DNA of 64,000 bases. Origin: a virus. The notes beneath the pieces were generated by a model, which saw only the letters and a program-made list of their open reading frames with translations, was not told where the DNA came from and did no database searches. Shown here piece after piece: positions 43,293 through 55,109 of this stretch (the first letter of the stretch is position 1; the number at the start of each line of letters is the position of its first letter). The DNA lies in the IMG/VR virus record IMGVR_UViG_3300033143_004212, positions 19,405-83,404 of that record. One strand, written 5' to 3'. The position numbers and the translations under genes were made by a program.

Positions 43293-46200
43293 CTATGACT
43301 CCCCATTATTTCTTTCCCAAATGAGAGAAATGCTTCCATCTTCATGTATATCTGTAATTTTATAAATAGTATGACGACCACTATTTTTATAAGTTTTAGC
43401 AACGAATTGGGTCTCTCTTCTAAAACCAGTAATTAATAATTTGTTTCCACGCTTAAACCAAGAACGTTCAACAATTTTCTTTTTGTTTGAACCAGGTATT
43501 CTTTCTGATATTTGTTTATCGAAAGCAGCGAATTGGTCTCTATACATTTTTACTACTGCAATTCCGTTAGTAGTTAATATAGTTACAGTATGTCTTTGTT
43601 TATCTTTATCTAATACTGTACCTGCTATAGTATCTAATTTATATATAGGTCTATCAATTCCTTTTATTCTATAATATCTGACAATTGTTGGTTCTGTAGG
43701 TAAGTTATTGAACTCTATAACACCATATGATTCATTATCCATACCAATTAATTCATGTTCATGATGGTAGTAGCAAATAGATTCCATTTCCCAATGAGAG
43801 ATTGTTCCACTTGCATATTTTTCTCATAGCTCATTGAATAAAGAATTATTATAATCTATTAACATTTGATTATGATTTTTTTTAATGAATGCTTTGATTG
43901 GAGCCATTATAGGTTGATATACTTTATCCCATAGTTTCTTTGAGACGTATAGCGCTCCTTCTATCTCTTCTACGAATGCTTCGGGGAATTCAAAAATATT
44001 ATAGTATCCTTCTTTAATAGTATCATCAAATAAGTAATACTCAACTTTATTTTCTCCTATTAAATATTTATTTCCTCTTCTTCTTAAATATTTATTAAAT
44101 TTAAAAACTCTTTTTTCCTTAGCAAATTCATCTGGAATAAATCCACCATCTATTAATGCATTCGCATTTTGCATAGTTAACTTTAATTTTGGTGCGCTTG
44201 CATATCGTAAATAATCTTCTAGAATCTCTTCTCTAGGTTTTTGTTCTAGTTCATCAAATGATCCACCTTTAATTAGTGAAATGATTTGTGTTTTATTAAC
44301 TTTTACTTTGTCATAAAAATCTCACATAGATTCATAAGGTCTATTTTCAATAATTTCAGCAACTAAATCTTGACCAATTCCATTCATACTTTTTAATCCA
44401 AATAAAATAGAATCAGTTTCTGCATCAGGACTAAAATCGAAATTGGCTCTATTAATGTCAGGATAAACAAGCACAATACCATTCTCTTTCATTTTACTGA
44501 TCGCGGAAGCAATAGCACCATAATCTGTAGGTTTAGGTTTTAAAGCTTCAGAATCTTCTAAAGAACCGGCATTAACAGATAAGCAAGCAGTATTCCAATA
44601 AACTGCAGGATATAAGAATGCAAGATTCAATTGCGCTACTGCAATTACTGTATAAGGTAAAGTATGATTTTTAGAGAATGAATAACCTGCTTGAGGTAGA
44701 ATACATTCTTTTCATATATACTTCAATAAATTTATAGATGTTCCTAATTCCAAACCTTTCTCTTTAAATAACTCTTTAACTTTATCCATTAAAACTTTTT
44801 TCTTCTTAGCCACTGCTTTTCTTAATTTATTCGCTTGTACAACATTGAATCCAGATATTCTTTTATCCATTACTATTTCCATAATAACTTCTTGAGTATC
44901 TGCTACTCCATAGTTTTCTCCTAAATGCTCTAACATTATTTTCATTTCATCTTTAGTTAATCCATAACTATCCATTACTCTATACCAAAGATTAATATCA
45001 GCTTTAAATCGCACATATTTATCTATAGGTTGTTCTTTTCCTTGCTCTGCCATTAATCTCATTAAGTTATTACCGATTGCGCCCTCTTTAAGAGAGAAAG
45101 GTCTAATCTTCATAGCCGCTTGTAGTCCAACAGAAGTACAGTATTGGAATAAATCTAATACTTTATTTTCGTGCATTAGTTTCCACATTTCTCTATTATC
45201 ATAAATTAACTTGTCAGGATGTAGATAGAATTCATATGTTTCTTTTAAAGAATTCTTCCATTCAATATATCCATCTTGAGATAGTAATTCTAAAGTAACT
45301 CTTATTTTATCCATAGCTTTAACTGTAAGGAAATCATATTTTAATCCACCTAAATAATCGCTATCTGCCATATTGAATTGTGTAACTGGTAATCCACTTG
45401 GAGCTCTCATCATTGCATTCCAATCAGTAAAATCAGAAGAGAAGATATAAACTCCACTTGCATGACTAGAACGTTTATTAATAAGTCCTTCGATTCCAAG
45501 CGCAACTTCTTTAAGTCTTGGATATCTTTCTACTTCTTTAATTATTTTTTCTAATGGTTTCCTTTCTTTTTCTTCGTCACCAAAGAAGCATTCTTTAAGA
45601 GACCAGTTGAAACCTCTTTCAACAGGAATTAAACTAGAAAGATATTCTGCTGTATCAATATCAATTTTTAATCCTCTACATGCAGTAAGCATTGCAGATT
45701 TTGATTTCTCAGTACCAAAAGTAGCGATATTAAGAATCTTTTTGTAACCAAGTTTTTCCTTAATAATTCTAAGTATTCTTGACCTCTTGGAAGCTTCAGT
45801 ATCAAAATCGATATCAGGAATCTCTGGTCTCTCAGCTGATAAATGTCTCCAATGTGGTAATTCATGTTTTATAGAATCAATTTGAGTAATATCCATTAAA
45901 TATGCAGTTAAGAATCCGTTTACAGAACCACGTCCTGGACCAACTAAACTATTACCACCATCGTCTGCCCATACCAAATTCATAATGTATTCCATTGTAT
46001 TATAATACTGACTTAAGTTTTCATCCATGTTAATACCTGCACCGATAATTTCTCCTATTTCTGTATCTATTCTTTTTAAATATGAATCACTCCATAAATC
46101 TTTTTCATATAATCCATAAAGATTTCTAATTCCAAAATACATTTCTTGTTCATCTTTAGAATTTACATATGCTTCTATATTAGAATAATTATCTACTGCA

Positions 46201-47231
46201 TAAATTATTGATTCTCGAAATTTTTTATCTTGAAGCATTTTATTCTCTATTTCATTCAATTTTAATTTTTCACGTATATTTATACTAGGTACTACTTGTT
46301 TATGGAATAAATCATAGTTCTCGCACATATCAGAAATCTTGATAGTATTATTAATTATATCTTCTATTTGATCATCTTCTAATGAAAATTGTAAGTATTC
46401 TATTATTTCATCTACATCCATCATATAAGTAGTAGAATAGAAATCATCTACTTCTCTATCTCCTTGTTTAGAATTTAAATACGCTTTATGGACTTCTCTA
46501 TCTTCTTTAGTTAGATAATGAGAATCTGTAGTTACAATAACTTTTACTCCATAAGCATTAGCGATTTGATATGCCAATTTATTAAAAATATTTTGGTCAT
46601 CTTGCGCAGATGGTTGAACTTCAACAAAGAAGTCTTCTTTTCCGAACACTTCAATACAGAAAGTCATAAAATTATCTATCCATTGTTTAGATTCTAAGCT
46701 TCCTTCACTTCTATAATAGTTTAGAATGGCTTGTGGAAATTCTCCTCCTAAACAAGCAGTCGATCCTATTATATCGCCTTTATATTTTTTCATAATTTCA
46801 ACTAAATGAGCTTTTTCAGTTGGTACTCTTGTCATTGGTCCTCTTGTAACAAAAGAATTTATCCAAGCTTCACTAGAAAGAAGTCTTAATGCTTCATGAC
46901 CTCTTTTATTTTTTGCTAATAGAATAAAGTGATAAAACATTGCTTTACCGCCATCTTCATATAATTGTTTCATTGCATCTACATTATCTATTAGGTATAT
47001 TTCATTTCCTAAAATTAATTTAAATTCTCTATCTAATTCCATTTCTTTTAAATGTTCGATTGCTTGGACATGTGCTGATAAGACTTCATGGTCTGTAATC
47101 GCTACTCCGTTGCTTCCTAACCCATATGCTCTATCCATTAAATTAGAAACTTTATTAATACTATCTAGTAATCTTATATTTGAATATTCTGTATGATTAT
47201 GTAGGAAGGGCAATTGATTTTTATTTTTCAT
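43293..47231 (-). CDS. dnaE: DNA polymerase III alpha subunit (DnaE-type), 1312 aa, TGA at 44712, 44322 and 43824
   Basis: Four track ORFs lie in one frame, joined only by TGA. PHP motifs HNHTEYS/AITDH, GPGRGS, PDIDFD, HASG, KYDFL, YI[W]..Q.GYSFSKNH and a C-terminal OB fold. Confidence 0.93.
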
Positions 47232-47255
47232 ATTTTCTCCTTTATCGTTTTATTA

Positions 47256-47284
47256 ATTATATCAAATTTTTAATTATAATACAA
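47256..47284 (-). promoter_or_regulatory. sigma-A-type promoter for dnaE
   Basis: TTGTAT-17 nt-(TG-A)-TATAAT. Confidence 0.5.
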
Positions 47285-47768
47285 CCGATTTTGTTTCAAA
47301 AATACGTCTTTCTGTTTTTTTGATTTTATTTTTCATAGCAGTTGTTGCTAATTTGTCTGCGCGTTCGTTTCCTAAAATACCTGAATGACCTTTAACTTTT
47401 ACAAATTCTACTTTATCAAAAAAAGTAACTAAAGCATCTAATATTATTCATAAATCTTTATTTTTAACTTCTTCTTTTTTAGAATTTTTTCAACCATTTC
47501 TTTTTCAGTTATTTATCCATTTTTTATTATACGCATTAGCTACATAAGAAGAATCTGTATAAATAATAACTCTTGTTTCTATCATTTGCGTTCATGTAGA
47601 AATTTCTTCTAATGCTTTTATTACTGCGGTTAATTCCATTCTATTATTTGTTGTTTTTTCTGAGTATCCCATGTGACCCATATTACCGATACAATATCCT
47701 CAACCGCCTTCTCAAGTTCCATTCTGTGAACAAGCACCGTCTGTATAAATTTCTATTAAATTTGTCAT
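47274..47768 (-). CDS. rnhA: Ribonuclease HI, 164 aa, 6 TGA (47712, 47700, 47592, 47505, 47490, 47448); absent from the ORF track
   Basis: IYTDGACS, GG[W]G, TTNNRMELTA, YTDSSYV, WINN[W]KRNG[W]K...VKNKDL[W] and VKGHSG..GNERADKLA. Confidence 0.95.
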
Positions 47769-47769
47769 T

Positions 47770-48915
47770 TTAATCCTCCATTACAATTATCACATTTTGT
47801 GTTGCTCTTGTTATAGCAGTATATAATTGTCTTAAATAAGTTTTTCTATCTATTTTTTCATCCATTATAATTATATTAGGGAATTCGCTACCTTGAGCTT
47901 TATGAACTGTTATAGCATATCCATAATCGAAATGATTAATTCCTTGTCTATCATGTTTAAATCCTTTATCATTAAAAGGATTCGCACTAACTCTTAATTC
48001 AGAATACGTATCTGATAAATTATGAGTTGGAGCAAAGTATAAATCAAATAAATTGTCAAATCCTACCATTGCGCTATTATTAGCGTAACCTATCATTCCA
48101 TTAATTAATGGAATATCTTCTAATCTACTTCCTATTTGCCAATCATTTTTTAGACAAACCATTTTATCGCCTTTTATTGGTAATAAACTTTCTCTTCCTA
48201 AAATTTCTTCTCTAAAATATTTATTTATTCTTTGTCTAGTATTATTTCTTCCACAAATTATTTGATCAGCCGCTTGCATTGATTCAACTCTTAAAATACT
48301 TTTTTTAATTATTGCAACATTACTTCCTTTATGGAGTGTTAATCTTTCTCCATTTCTCACTCTCATGCTTAAATCAATAATTTCATTATCTTTTGCTTGT
48401 CTATGAATTTCATCTAAGAATACATGAGGATTATCTAAAATTCCATTATCACTTCCATCTACTGGTGGTAATTGGAATGGGTCTCCTAATGCAACTACTG
48501 GTATTTTATAAGATGCTAAGTCTGCTAAAAGGTGTAGTGGAACCATTGATATTTCATCAACAATAATTAATTTTATATGTTCACTAAGTCTTATTTTTTT
48601 AACAAATTCAATTTGATCTAGTCTTCTATTTCTATTTCTTTTTTTATTTTTACTTTTTTTAACTTCATAAATTAATCTATGAATGGTAGTAGCAGGCAAG
48701 CCCTTGCTCCTAAGAACAAGACTTGCTCTACCTGTATATGAAACGAATACAGTATTTTTCATAAGATTCATTTCTTCAATAATATATCTAATTAAAGTAG
48801 TTTTTCCAGTTCCCGCATATCCAGCTATAGTACTAATGCGTTCGTGCTGTTCTAAACGTTTTATAACTTTATACATACCATTCTTTTGTTGAAGTGTCAA
48901 TAGTATATCATCCAT
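47770..48915 (-). CDS. RecD/Dda-like SF1 helicase
   Basis: GYAGTGKTT, IVDEISM, GDPFQLPPV, IHRQ, YAITVHKAQGSEF and LYTAITRA. Confidence 0.9.
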   Translation of the reverse strand: MDDILLTLQQKNGMYKVIKRLEQHERISTIAGYAGTGKTTLIRYIIEEMNLMKNTVFVSYTGRASLVLRSKGLPATTIHRLIYEVKKSKNKKRNRNRRLDQIEFVKKIRLSEHIKLIIVDEISMVPLHLLADLASYKIPVVALGDPFQLPPVDGSDNGILDNPHVFLDEIHRQAKDNEIIDLSMRVRNGERLTLHKGSNVAIIKKSILRVESMQAADQIICGRNNTRQRINKYFREEILGRESLLPIKGDKMVCLKNDWQIGSRLEDIPLINGMIGYANNSAMVGFDNLFDLYFAPTHNLSDTYSELRVSANPFNDKGFKHDRQGINHFDYGYAITVHKAQGSEFPNIIIMDEKIDRKTYLRQLYTAITRATQNVIIVMED

Positions 48916-48928
48916 TATTAGCGTCCTC

Positions 48929-49105
48929 CTATTTTACTTCTTTTTCGTATCCATAAGCCTTAGTTAAAGCTTCATTTAAAGTTTTTCCATAAAAAGTTCC
49001 TAGATTCGTTACAACTTTACAAATTCCTTTTCCTACAGAATAGTATATTAAACTTTCTGCCAATATATCAAGTAATATAAGTTCTCTATTAGTTAATTCT
49101 TTCAT
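48929..49105 (-). CDS. 58 aa hypothetical protein
   Basis: AGGAGA SD. Reads MKELTNRELILLDILAES... and fills the gap. Confidence 0.6.
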   Translation of the reverse strand: MKELTNRELILLDILAESLIYYSVGKGICKVVTNLGTFYGKTLNEALTKAYGYEKEVK

Positions 49106-49116
49106 AATATTTCTCC

Positions 49117-50853
49117 TTAAAATAGGTCTCTCGCATTTAGAGTGCTCTTTTCATAATCTTCAATAAAAATTTGGTAACTTATTTCGCCATTCCATTCATT
49201 TTCATTCGCTCTGCCAATAATATCTATAAATTTCATTTCTCTTATTTTTTCAACTTCTTCAATTGTAGAAGAGAACATAACAAAGTTAATATCTCCTACC
49301 ATAATTTTTATACTTGGTTTCTCAGGGTTCTTGCCCATTACAATTAAACTATCTTTAGTGATAGGAACACTTTTAATAAGAATAAAAGGTTCTTCAAATC
49401 CTTTAGCATAATGATTTTTAAATACTGTAATTTCTGCTAATAAATTAGAATTGATTTCTCTTGCAGAATATTTTAAATCAATTTTATAAGCTTTACTAAA
49501 TTCATATTCTTTTAAATCTTCATTAGATTGGTCGATGAAAGCTTGTAGATTCTCATCTTTAATTGCCGCACCAAAAGCTGATTGGTGACCTTCTGCAAAA
49601 ATAAATAATCCAGTACTATTAAGGTAATCTTTAAAATTTTTAAAATCTGATTGATTAATACCTCTTCCACTACCTGACCATTCTTTTGTTTTTGAATCCT
49701 TTGCTAATACTAAAGTTGGCTTTTTAAAAGCCGCCGCTAGTTGCATAGCAATTAAACCTCTTAATGGAGAAGGAATTCCAAAAGCATTACCAATAATGAT
49801 TTTATTCTTGTCCATTCCTTTTCTTGTAATTTTTAAATGTAACTTAACTAATCCTTCATCTCTATCTCTATCTTGTTTTCTTTTTACTGTTCCACAAATT
49901 TTTACCGCGGCATCTGCTAATGTTATCGTTCCACCAAAACCGCCGTTAGGACCGTCTTCTATTTCGTCTCCTCTAATCATTGCATTAAACATTGCTAATT
50001 TCTCCTCTTGGCTACCTGTTCTAACCATAGCATTAATTAATGGTGCGATATAGAAAGAAATTTTCATAGGAGATAAGTCTCCCGCTAATTTAAAGTTATT
50101 TCCTTTAATAATCGCTTTAAGAAAAGGATTATTTATATTCTTCATACCTTTCTGGATATAGTACATTGTTTCTAGATTTATAACATCCATCATATCTGCA
50201 ACCATTCCAACTGCTACTAAATCTAAAAAGAAAGGTGCTATCGGACCAGCATTAACTCTATAGTCTTCTTCTACCATAGGAATTATATCTTCAAGAGCTT
50301 GGAATACTTTATATACTACTCCAACTCCACTTAAACTTTTATTAGGATAATCGAATTGATTATTAACAACTATTGCATCTTTACTAAGATGAGAAGTCTC
50401 ATGGTGATCAATAACGATTACTGTTTTACCTAAATCTTTTAATTCTTTATGTTCCTTAAACTGATTAGATCCTGCATCAGGAATTAAAACTAAAGTGCAG
50501 TCTTCAGGTACATCACTTACAATAACACCATGTTCTTTTTCTTTATGGATGTTAATAACTATATTTTCTTCTTTTACTCCAAAGTGCACTAACATCATCC
50601 AACTTACTGCCGCACTTGTATAACCATCTGCATCTGAGTCAACTTGTAAGAATATCTTTTCATTATCTTTGATAGCTTCAATGATTCTCTCTGCACATAG
50701 TTCAATATTTGGTAATAATTTATAACTAAGTTCTCCTTTATATGTTGGATTCAACATATCTTCCATTATTTCAAATGGGATATTCCTATTTTCAAAAACA
50801 GTTTGTAATGGTTTCATAAAATTTGCTTTATCATTTATTATTTCATATAACAT
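49117..50853 (-). CDS. recJ: RecJ-like ssDNA exonuclease (DHH/DHHA1)
   Basis: DSDADGYTS, IDHH, LSGVGVVYK, APLINA, GSGRG and GHQSAFG. Confidence 0.9.
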   Translation of the reverse strand: MLYEIINDKANFMKPLQTVFENRNIPFEIMEDMLNPTYKGELSYKLLPNIELCAERIIEAIKDNEKIFLQVDSDADGYTSAAVSWMMLVHFGVKEENIVINIHKEKEHGVIVSDVPEDCTLVLIPDAGSNQFKEHKELKDLGKTVIVIDHHETSHLSKDAIVVNNQFDYPNKSLSGVGVVYKVFQALEDIIPMVEEDYRVNAGPIAPFFLDLVAVGMVADMMDVINLETMYYIQKGMKNINNPFLKAIIKGNNFKLAGDLSPMKISFYIAPLINAMVRTGSQEEKLAMFNAMIRGDEIEDGPNGGFGGTITLADAAVKICGTVKRKQDRDRDEGLVKLHLKITRKGMDKNKIIIGNAFGIPSPLRGLIAMQLAAAFKKPTLVLAKDSKTKEWSGSGRGINQSDFKNFKDYLNSTGLFIFAEGHQSAFGAAIKDENLQAFIDQSNEDLKEYEFSKAYKIDLKYSAREINSNLLAEITVFKNHYAKGFEEPFILIKSVPITKDSLIVMGKNPEKPSIKIMVGDINFVMFSSTIEEVEKIREMKFIDIIGRANENEWNGEISYQIFIEDYEKSTLNARDLF

Positions 50854-51981
50854 TTATTTTCCTCTTTCTTTAGCTTCTTTAACCAATTTTGAAAAAACAG
50901 CTTCGCCTTTATCTGTAGGACTGTCTTTAAAATCTAGTATTTTACCTCTATCCTCTACAATAAAAACATTAAAGAAATTTTCTAATTTTTCTATCATTCC
51001 TTGTATCTTTAAAGTATATTCTGTTAAGTATTTATCATCTTCATATTCTTCATAATCTCTATCTAGTGCTAGATATATATCTTCAACACCTAAATCTAAT
51101 AGGATATTAATATGTTCTTCAAATAAATTACTTCCACCTAATCCTAAACCTATATTTTGATCGGGATAGAATGTTTCTAGTTGAAGCACAGATTTTTCTG
51201 CTTCAAAGAGTATTGCTTTTTTTAACTTCCTTATCATATCTTGATTTTGATATAATCCATACATTACTGCACTCATTGGAAATGTTAAGTATTGTCCTCT
51301 ATGTTTCATTGGTAAATATTTTACTTTATTTAATAAATCTATTTCTCTTAGAGTTCTACCTCTAACTCCAACTAAGTTTCCTTTTATATCAAAGAAAGGA
51401 ATCGTAATTCTTTCAGTTGGGATATGCAATCCAATTTGAAACTTCTCCATAGTTTTAATAGAGATTCCTTCTTGTATCCATCCACTATAATACAAAGATC
51501 TATAAACTTTTAAAATCATTTTAGAGTAATGCACAAGTTCCTGCTTTTCTGGAGTTTGCTCTTTCTTTAATATCTTTAATTGCTTATTTATAAATTCCCA
51601 ATCTTCTCTTAAAGTATCTTCGCCATCTACTAAAAAGTTATCATCAGAGAAATCAAAAGCCTTACCTAATTTATCTACTACGTAATTAACAGCATCATCT
51701 AAACTATACTCGCAACCTTTTTGTATGTACATTGCTTTGCAAATGAGTTCAAATATATCAAAATAATCTCCACAACCAGTATAACATTTGAACAATTTAG
51801 TATTATCATAATAATATAATTTAAAACTAATTTTAGGATTTGGTCTATTATGACAAATTGTTTGAAATTTTGGATTACCATGTTTATCAGGATAAGGAGG
51901 TGCACTACCAAGTCCAATCATTAATTCAGTTATTTCTTCAACTGTTAGATTTTGTTTTATAAAATCTTTATCTATATACAC
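50854..51981 (-). CDS. dnaG: DNA primase
   Basis: Zn finger TICHN...CYTGC, ITIPF...GVRGR, and TOPRIM FEAEKS...ALDRD. Confidence 0.85.
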   Translation of the reverse strand: MYIDKDFIKQNLTVEEITELMIGLGSAPPYPDKHGNPKFQTICHNRPNPKISFKLYYYDNTKLFKCYTGCGDYFDIFELICKAMYIQKGCEYSLDDAVNYVVDKLGKAFDFSDDNFLVDGEDTLREDWEFINKQLKILKKEQTPEKQELVHYSKMILKVYRSLYYSGWIQEGISIKTMEKFQIGLHIPTERITIPFFDIKGNLVGVRGRTLREIDLLNKVKYLPMKHRGQYLTFPMSAVMYGLYQNQDMIRKLKKAILFEAEKSVLQLETFYPDQNIGLGLGGSNLFEEHINILLDLGVEDIYLALDRDYEEYEDDKYLTEYTLKIQGMIEKLENFFNVFIVEDRGKILDFKDSPTDKGEAVFSKLVKEAKERGK

Positions 51982-52001
51982 TAATGCACCCCTCCTTTCT
52001 T

Positions 52002-53567
52002 TTAGAAGTCGTCAGCAGAAGCTTCTTCACTTACATCAAATGCTTTAAGTTTAGGTACTTTTATTTTGAAATTCTCAATAGGAATTGAACGAGTATCTGT
52101 TACTAATACATCATGGATTCTACAAGTTCCTAAATCTACAACAGACCAGATTTTAACTGATTTATATTTACTTCCTCTATTTTTATATATTGTAGTAACC
52201 ATATTAGGTTTAATTATATCAAATTGTGTAACAAATATATCTGCAAAATCTTCTTCTTCTTCATTTAATGGTAAAGAAATTGCGCCCATATCTAATTTAT
52301 CTCCCATTGCTTTCGCACCTCTAAGCACATTAACACTTTGTACTTTTCTATCTTCCCAAGTACCATTAAGTTGACTTGCAGTTTCTATATAAATACATAA
52401 TTCATTTGCTAAATCTTTTAACATTACAGTAAATAGGAATAAGATTGTATCTTCTCTTAATTTAATTCCTGATTTAGATGCTGATTCAAAAAGTAGTTTT
52501 GGAGTAGAATGTATATAATCAAAGAATATATATTCTAATTTCTTTTTATCTCCTTTGCCATCATACATTGAATGAAGTTTTCTTATCATCATTTCTATAT
52601 CGTCAGAATCGAAATTTGAAATGTATCCTATTTCAAGACTACTCTCATCCATTATTTCTGCCGCTCTAGCCAATAATTCATCTTGAAAATCATTTGTTGT
52701 TCCATCTTTAATATCATCTTCATTAATACCAGTAATCCATGCCAGTACCATTGTTTGGATTTCTTCTAATTCCATTTCAGTTGTAATAAATCCTGCACCA
52801 ACTGTATTCTCATTCTTCATCCATTTACCAAGTTTATGATCATACCATTCTTTAATAGATAAATTACAAGCATTACCAACAGCAAGTCTAGTTTTACCAA
52901 CTCCTGATGCAGCACTTCTCATGTACAATTTTCGTAATCTTGCACCACGAACAGCACTATTATACATAGCTCCTTGAAGAGGTAATCCTATATCAGGACT
53001 TTCTTTTAATCTCTTTAATAGCGCACTAACGCCTTTTGAGATTGAATTTATTTCATAGCTATTATTTATTTGAAATTCTGTCTTCGCATCAATAACTATT
53101 TTATCTAAGCGTTCTGTTAATTCTCTTAATGTTAAAGAATCAAATTCTTCTTGTCTTTTTTTATTAGTTTCTAATCCATTTATTCCTAAAAATAGCGAAC
53201 TATTTGTCATTCCTAATGATTTCAAATACTCAATGAACGCATATTTTTTTATTCTTTCATAATAATAATTAAAGTTCTTTTCTTCTTTTTTTGCAAGTTG
53301 CATTGCACTATTAATATAAGGAACTCCATCTTTACCATTAAATATATCGTATTGCTCTTGGTATTTAGATAAAAAGTTATCTATTGTTATCCCATCTATT
53401 GTATCAATTCCACTTACATGTAAATTATTAATAGCAGAGAATATAATCCCATAGAATCTATTCCCAAAGTCTTCTTCTCTAAAAGAAAATTTCTTGTCAT
53501 TTAGAATATTTGGATTATTTGCTAGTCCACCTAGCACTTGTAATATTGCTCGTTTGTCTAATAACAT
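52002..53567 (-). CDS. DnaB-like replicative helicase
   Basis: SAASGVGKTR, ITTEM, FFDYIH, SQLN and KNRG. Confidence 0.85.
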   Translation of the reverse strand: MLLDKRAILQVLGGLANNPNILNDKKFSFREEDFGNRFYGIIFSAINNLHVSGIDTIDGITIDNFLSKYQEQYDIFNGKDGVPYINSAMQLAKKEEKNFNYYYERIKKYAFIEYLKSLGMTNSSLFLGINGLETNKKRQEEFDSLTLRELTERLDKIVIDAKTEFQINNSYEINSISKGVSALLKRLKESPDIGLPLQGAMYNSAVRGARLRKLYMRSAASGVGKTRLAVGNACNLSIKEWYDHKLGKWMKNENTVGAGFITTEMELEEIQTMVLAWITGINEDDIKDGTTNDFQDELLARAAEIMDESSLEIGYISNFDSDDIEMMIRKLHSMYDGKGDKKKLEYIFFDYIHSTPKLLFESASKSGIKLREDTILFLFTVMLKDLANELCIYIETASQLNGTWEDRKVQSVNVLRGAKAMGDKLDMGAISLPLNEEEEDFADIFVTQFDIIKPNMVTTIYKNRGSKYKSVKIWSVVDLGTCRIHDVLVTDTRSIPIENFKIKVPKLKAFDVSEEASADDF

Positions 53568-54049
53568 TATAATTCTCCTATATTAATTAATTTTCCTTTT
53601 GTTCTTTTACGTTCTTTTCCTATTATTACTGTTAATTCAACAGTTTCATAATTTAATGATTTCGATTCCTGTATTTCCATTTTTCTTATGTAAAGGTCTT
53701 TAGCCTTATTATAGAAACGAGGAACTAATGCGACTCCACCATTTGCTTTTTCTTTATTCATTTTTTCTATTCGATACATATAATCTAAAGTTAATTCAAT
53801 ACCTTTAAAAGTAAAGTTATATTCCTCTATCATTTCATTAATTTGTTTTTTTATATATGGCATTACATATTCATATCCAAACAACTTGCACATATAAGTA
53901 TATAAACTTTCTCTGTCTGAACTTATATTTGAGACACTCTCATAGCATTCTTTATGGAAGTATCGTTTCTTCTTTTCGTCAAATATATATTCAGTTTCTT
54001 CTCGTATGAACCACTCATTACAACCGGGACATTTTACTTTTCTTGACAA
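53567..54049 (-). CDS. Zn-finger protein upstream of the helicase (possible loader)
   Basis: KCPGC...YFHKEC. Function inferred from position. Confidence 0.5.
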   Translation of the reverse strand: MSRKVKCPGCNEWFIREETEYIFDEKKKRYFHKECYESVSNISSDRESLYTYMCKLFGYEYVMPYIKKQINEMIEEYNFTFKGIELTLDYMYRIEKMNKEKANGGVALVPRFYNKAKDLYIRKMEIQESKSLNYETVELTVIIGKERKRTKGKLINIGEL

Positions 54050-54106
54050 ATTGTACTCCCTTCAATTTAAAATAAGAGGTATTTTATTTAAACACCTCTT
54101 ACTATA

Positions 54107-55069
54107 CTATAATTTTTTTACATCTTCTGTTACTAAGTGAATAACATCAGCTTGTTTACAATTTTTAATATTTCTTTCCATTCCAATATGACATTCAATT
54201 ATTGCCGCGATATCTTCTTGGTCTATTCCCGCATCTAATTTTTCATTAGCTACTTGGTAGAATATTTCAAGTTCTTCTTCTAGGTCATATTCATCTTGGT
54301 CTAAAATATAATGGTTTTCTTTTTCTTCTATTAAAGTAGCACCATTATCTCCTAATTTTTTAATAGCATTTTCTATATCTTCAACAAGATTCTCATAAGA
54401 AAATTCTATATAATCAGAAGTATATTTAAATCTTGAACCGGCTTCAAAACGAGTAGTTCCTCTCATAAATAAGAAAGTTTTTTCTTCGCCAGTATCTAAA
54501 TCTTTTGCAACTCTTGCATATCCAACAATGTCACTCATTCTATTTATAACTTTTCTTCCTCTTTTTTCAAGAGTAGGAATAATTCTATTATATTCTTCCC
54601 CATTTTGATCTTCCATTGTTTTATCTTGTGCATGTGAAATAAATATTAATCCATATCCCAATTGAACAATTTTTCTCATACATTTATCGAATTCTTTCTC
54701 AACCATTCCATAACCTGCACCATAACCAATATCGCCATATCCTTGAACTCCTTCTCTATTAAAGATAAATTGCTCAGCGAATAAGAAAGCTAAGTCTGCT
54801 GTATCTATTATAACATATTTATACATTGCTTTTGCTTCATCTGATTCTAATTGTAATAAAAGTTCTTTAAATTCTGTCCATTTATTTAAGTCTTGCGCTT
54901 TAATACCTGGGATAGCATTATATCCTTTTTCAAAAGCTAATAATAAAGGCTTATTAAACTGACAAGATATAGTTGTTTTTCCTGTTTTAATATCTCCATA
55001 AAAAGTTACTATATAACCTGCTAAATTAATAGAGACTTGATGTGGTTGTATATCTAAAATATTTATCAT
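54107..55069 (-). CDS. AAA_24 / Sak4-like ATPase (recombinase)
   Basis: YGDIKTGKTT, LLAFEKG, IIDT.D, YG.GY, ISH and EAGSRF. Confidence 0.75.
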   Translation of the reverse strand: MINILDIQPHQVSINLAGYIVTFYGDIKTGKTTISCQFNKPLLLAFEKGYNAIPGIKAQDLNKWTEFKELLLQLESDEAKAMYKYVIIDTADLAFLFAEQFIFNREGVQGYGDIGYGAGYGMVEKEFDKCMRKIVQLGYGLIFISHAQDKTMEDQNGEEYNRIIPTLEKRGRKVINRMSDIVGYARVAKDLDTGEEKTFLFMRGTTRFEAGSRFKYTSDYIEFSYENLVEDIENAIKKLGDNGATLIEEKENHYILDQDEYDLEEELEIFYQVANEKLDAGIDQEDIAAIIECHIGMERNIKNCKQADVIHLVTEDVKKL

Positions 55070-55109
55070 CTATTTCCCCTTTCCTTAACGACAAGCATGG
55101 TGCCCATTC

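Noticed and set aside
40405-47231. Introns or inteins splitting nrdJ and dnaE
   Set aside because: The gaps between track ORFs translate in frame into expected conserved sequence, and the joined lengths are normal.
47274-47768. TGA as selenocysteine or glycine (code 25)
   Set aside because: TGAs align with conserved Trp, not Cys or Gly, in RNase HI, DHFR, ThyA and NUMOD1.
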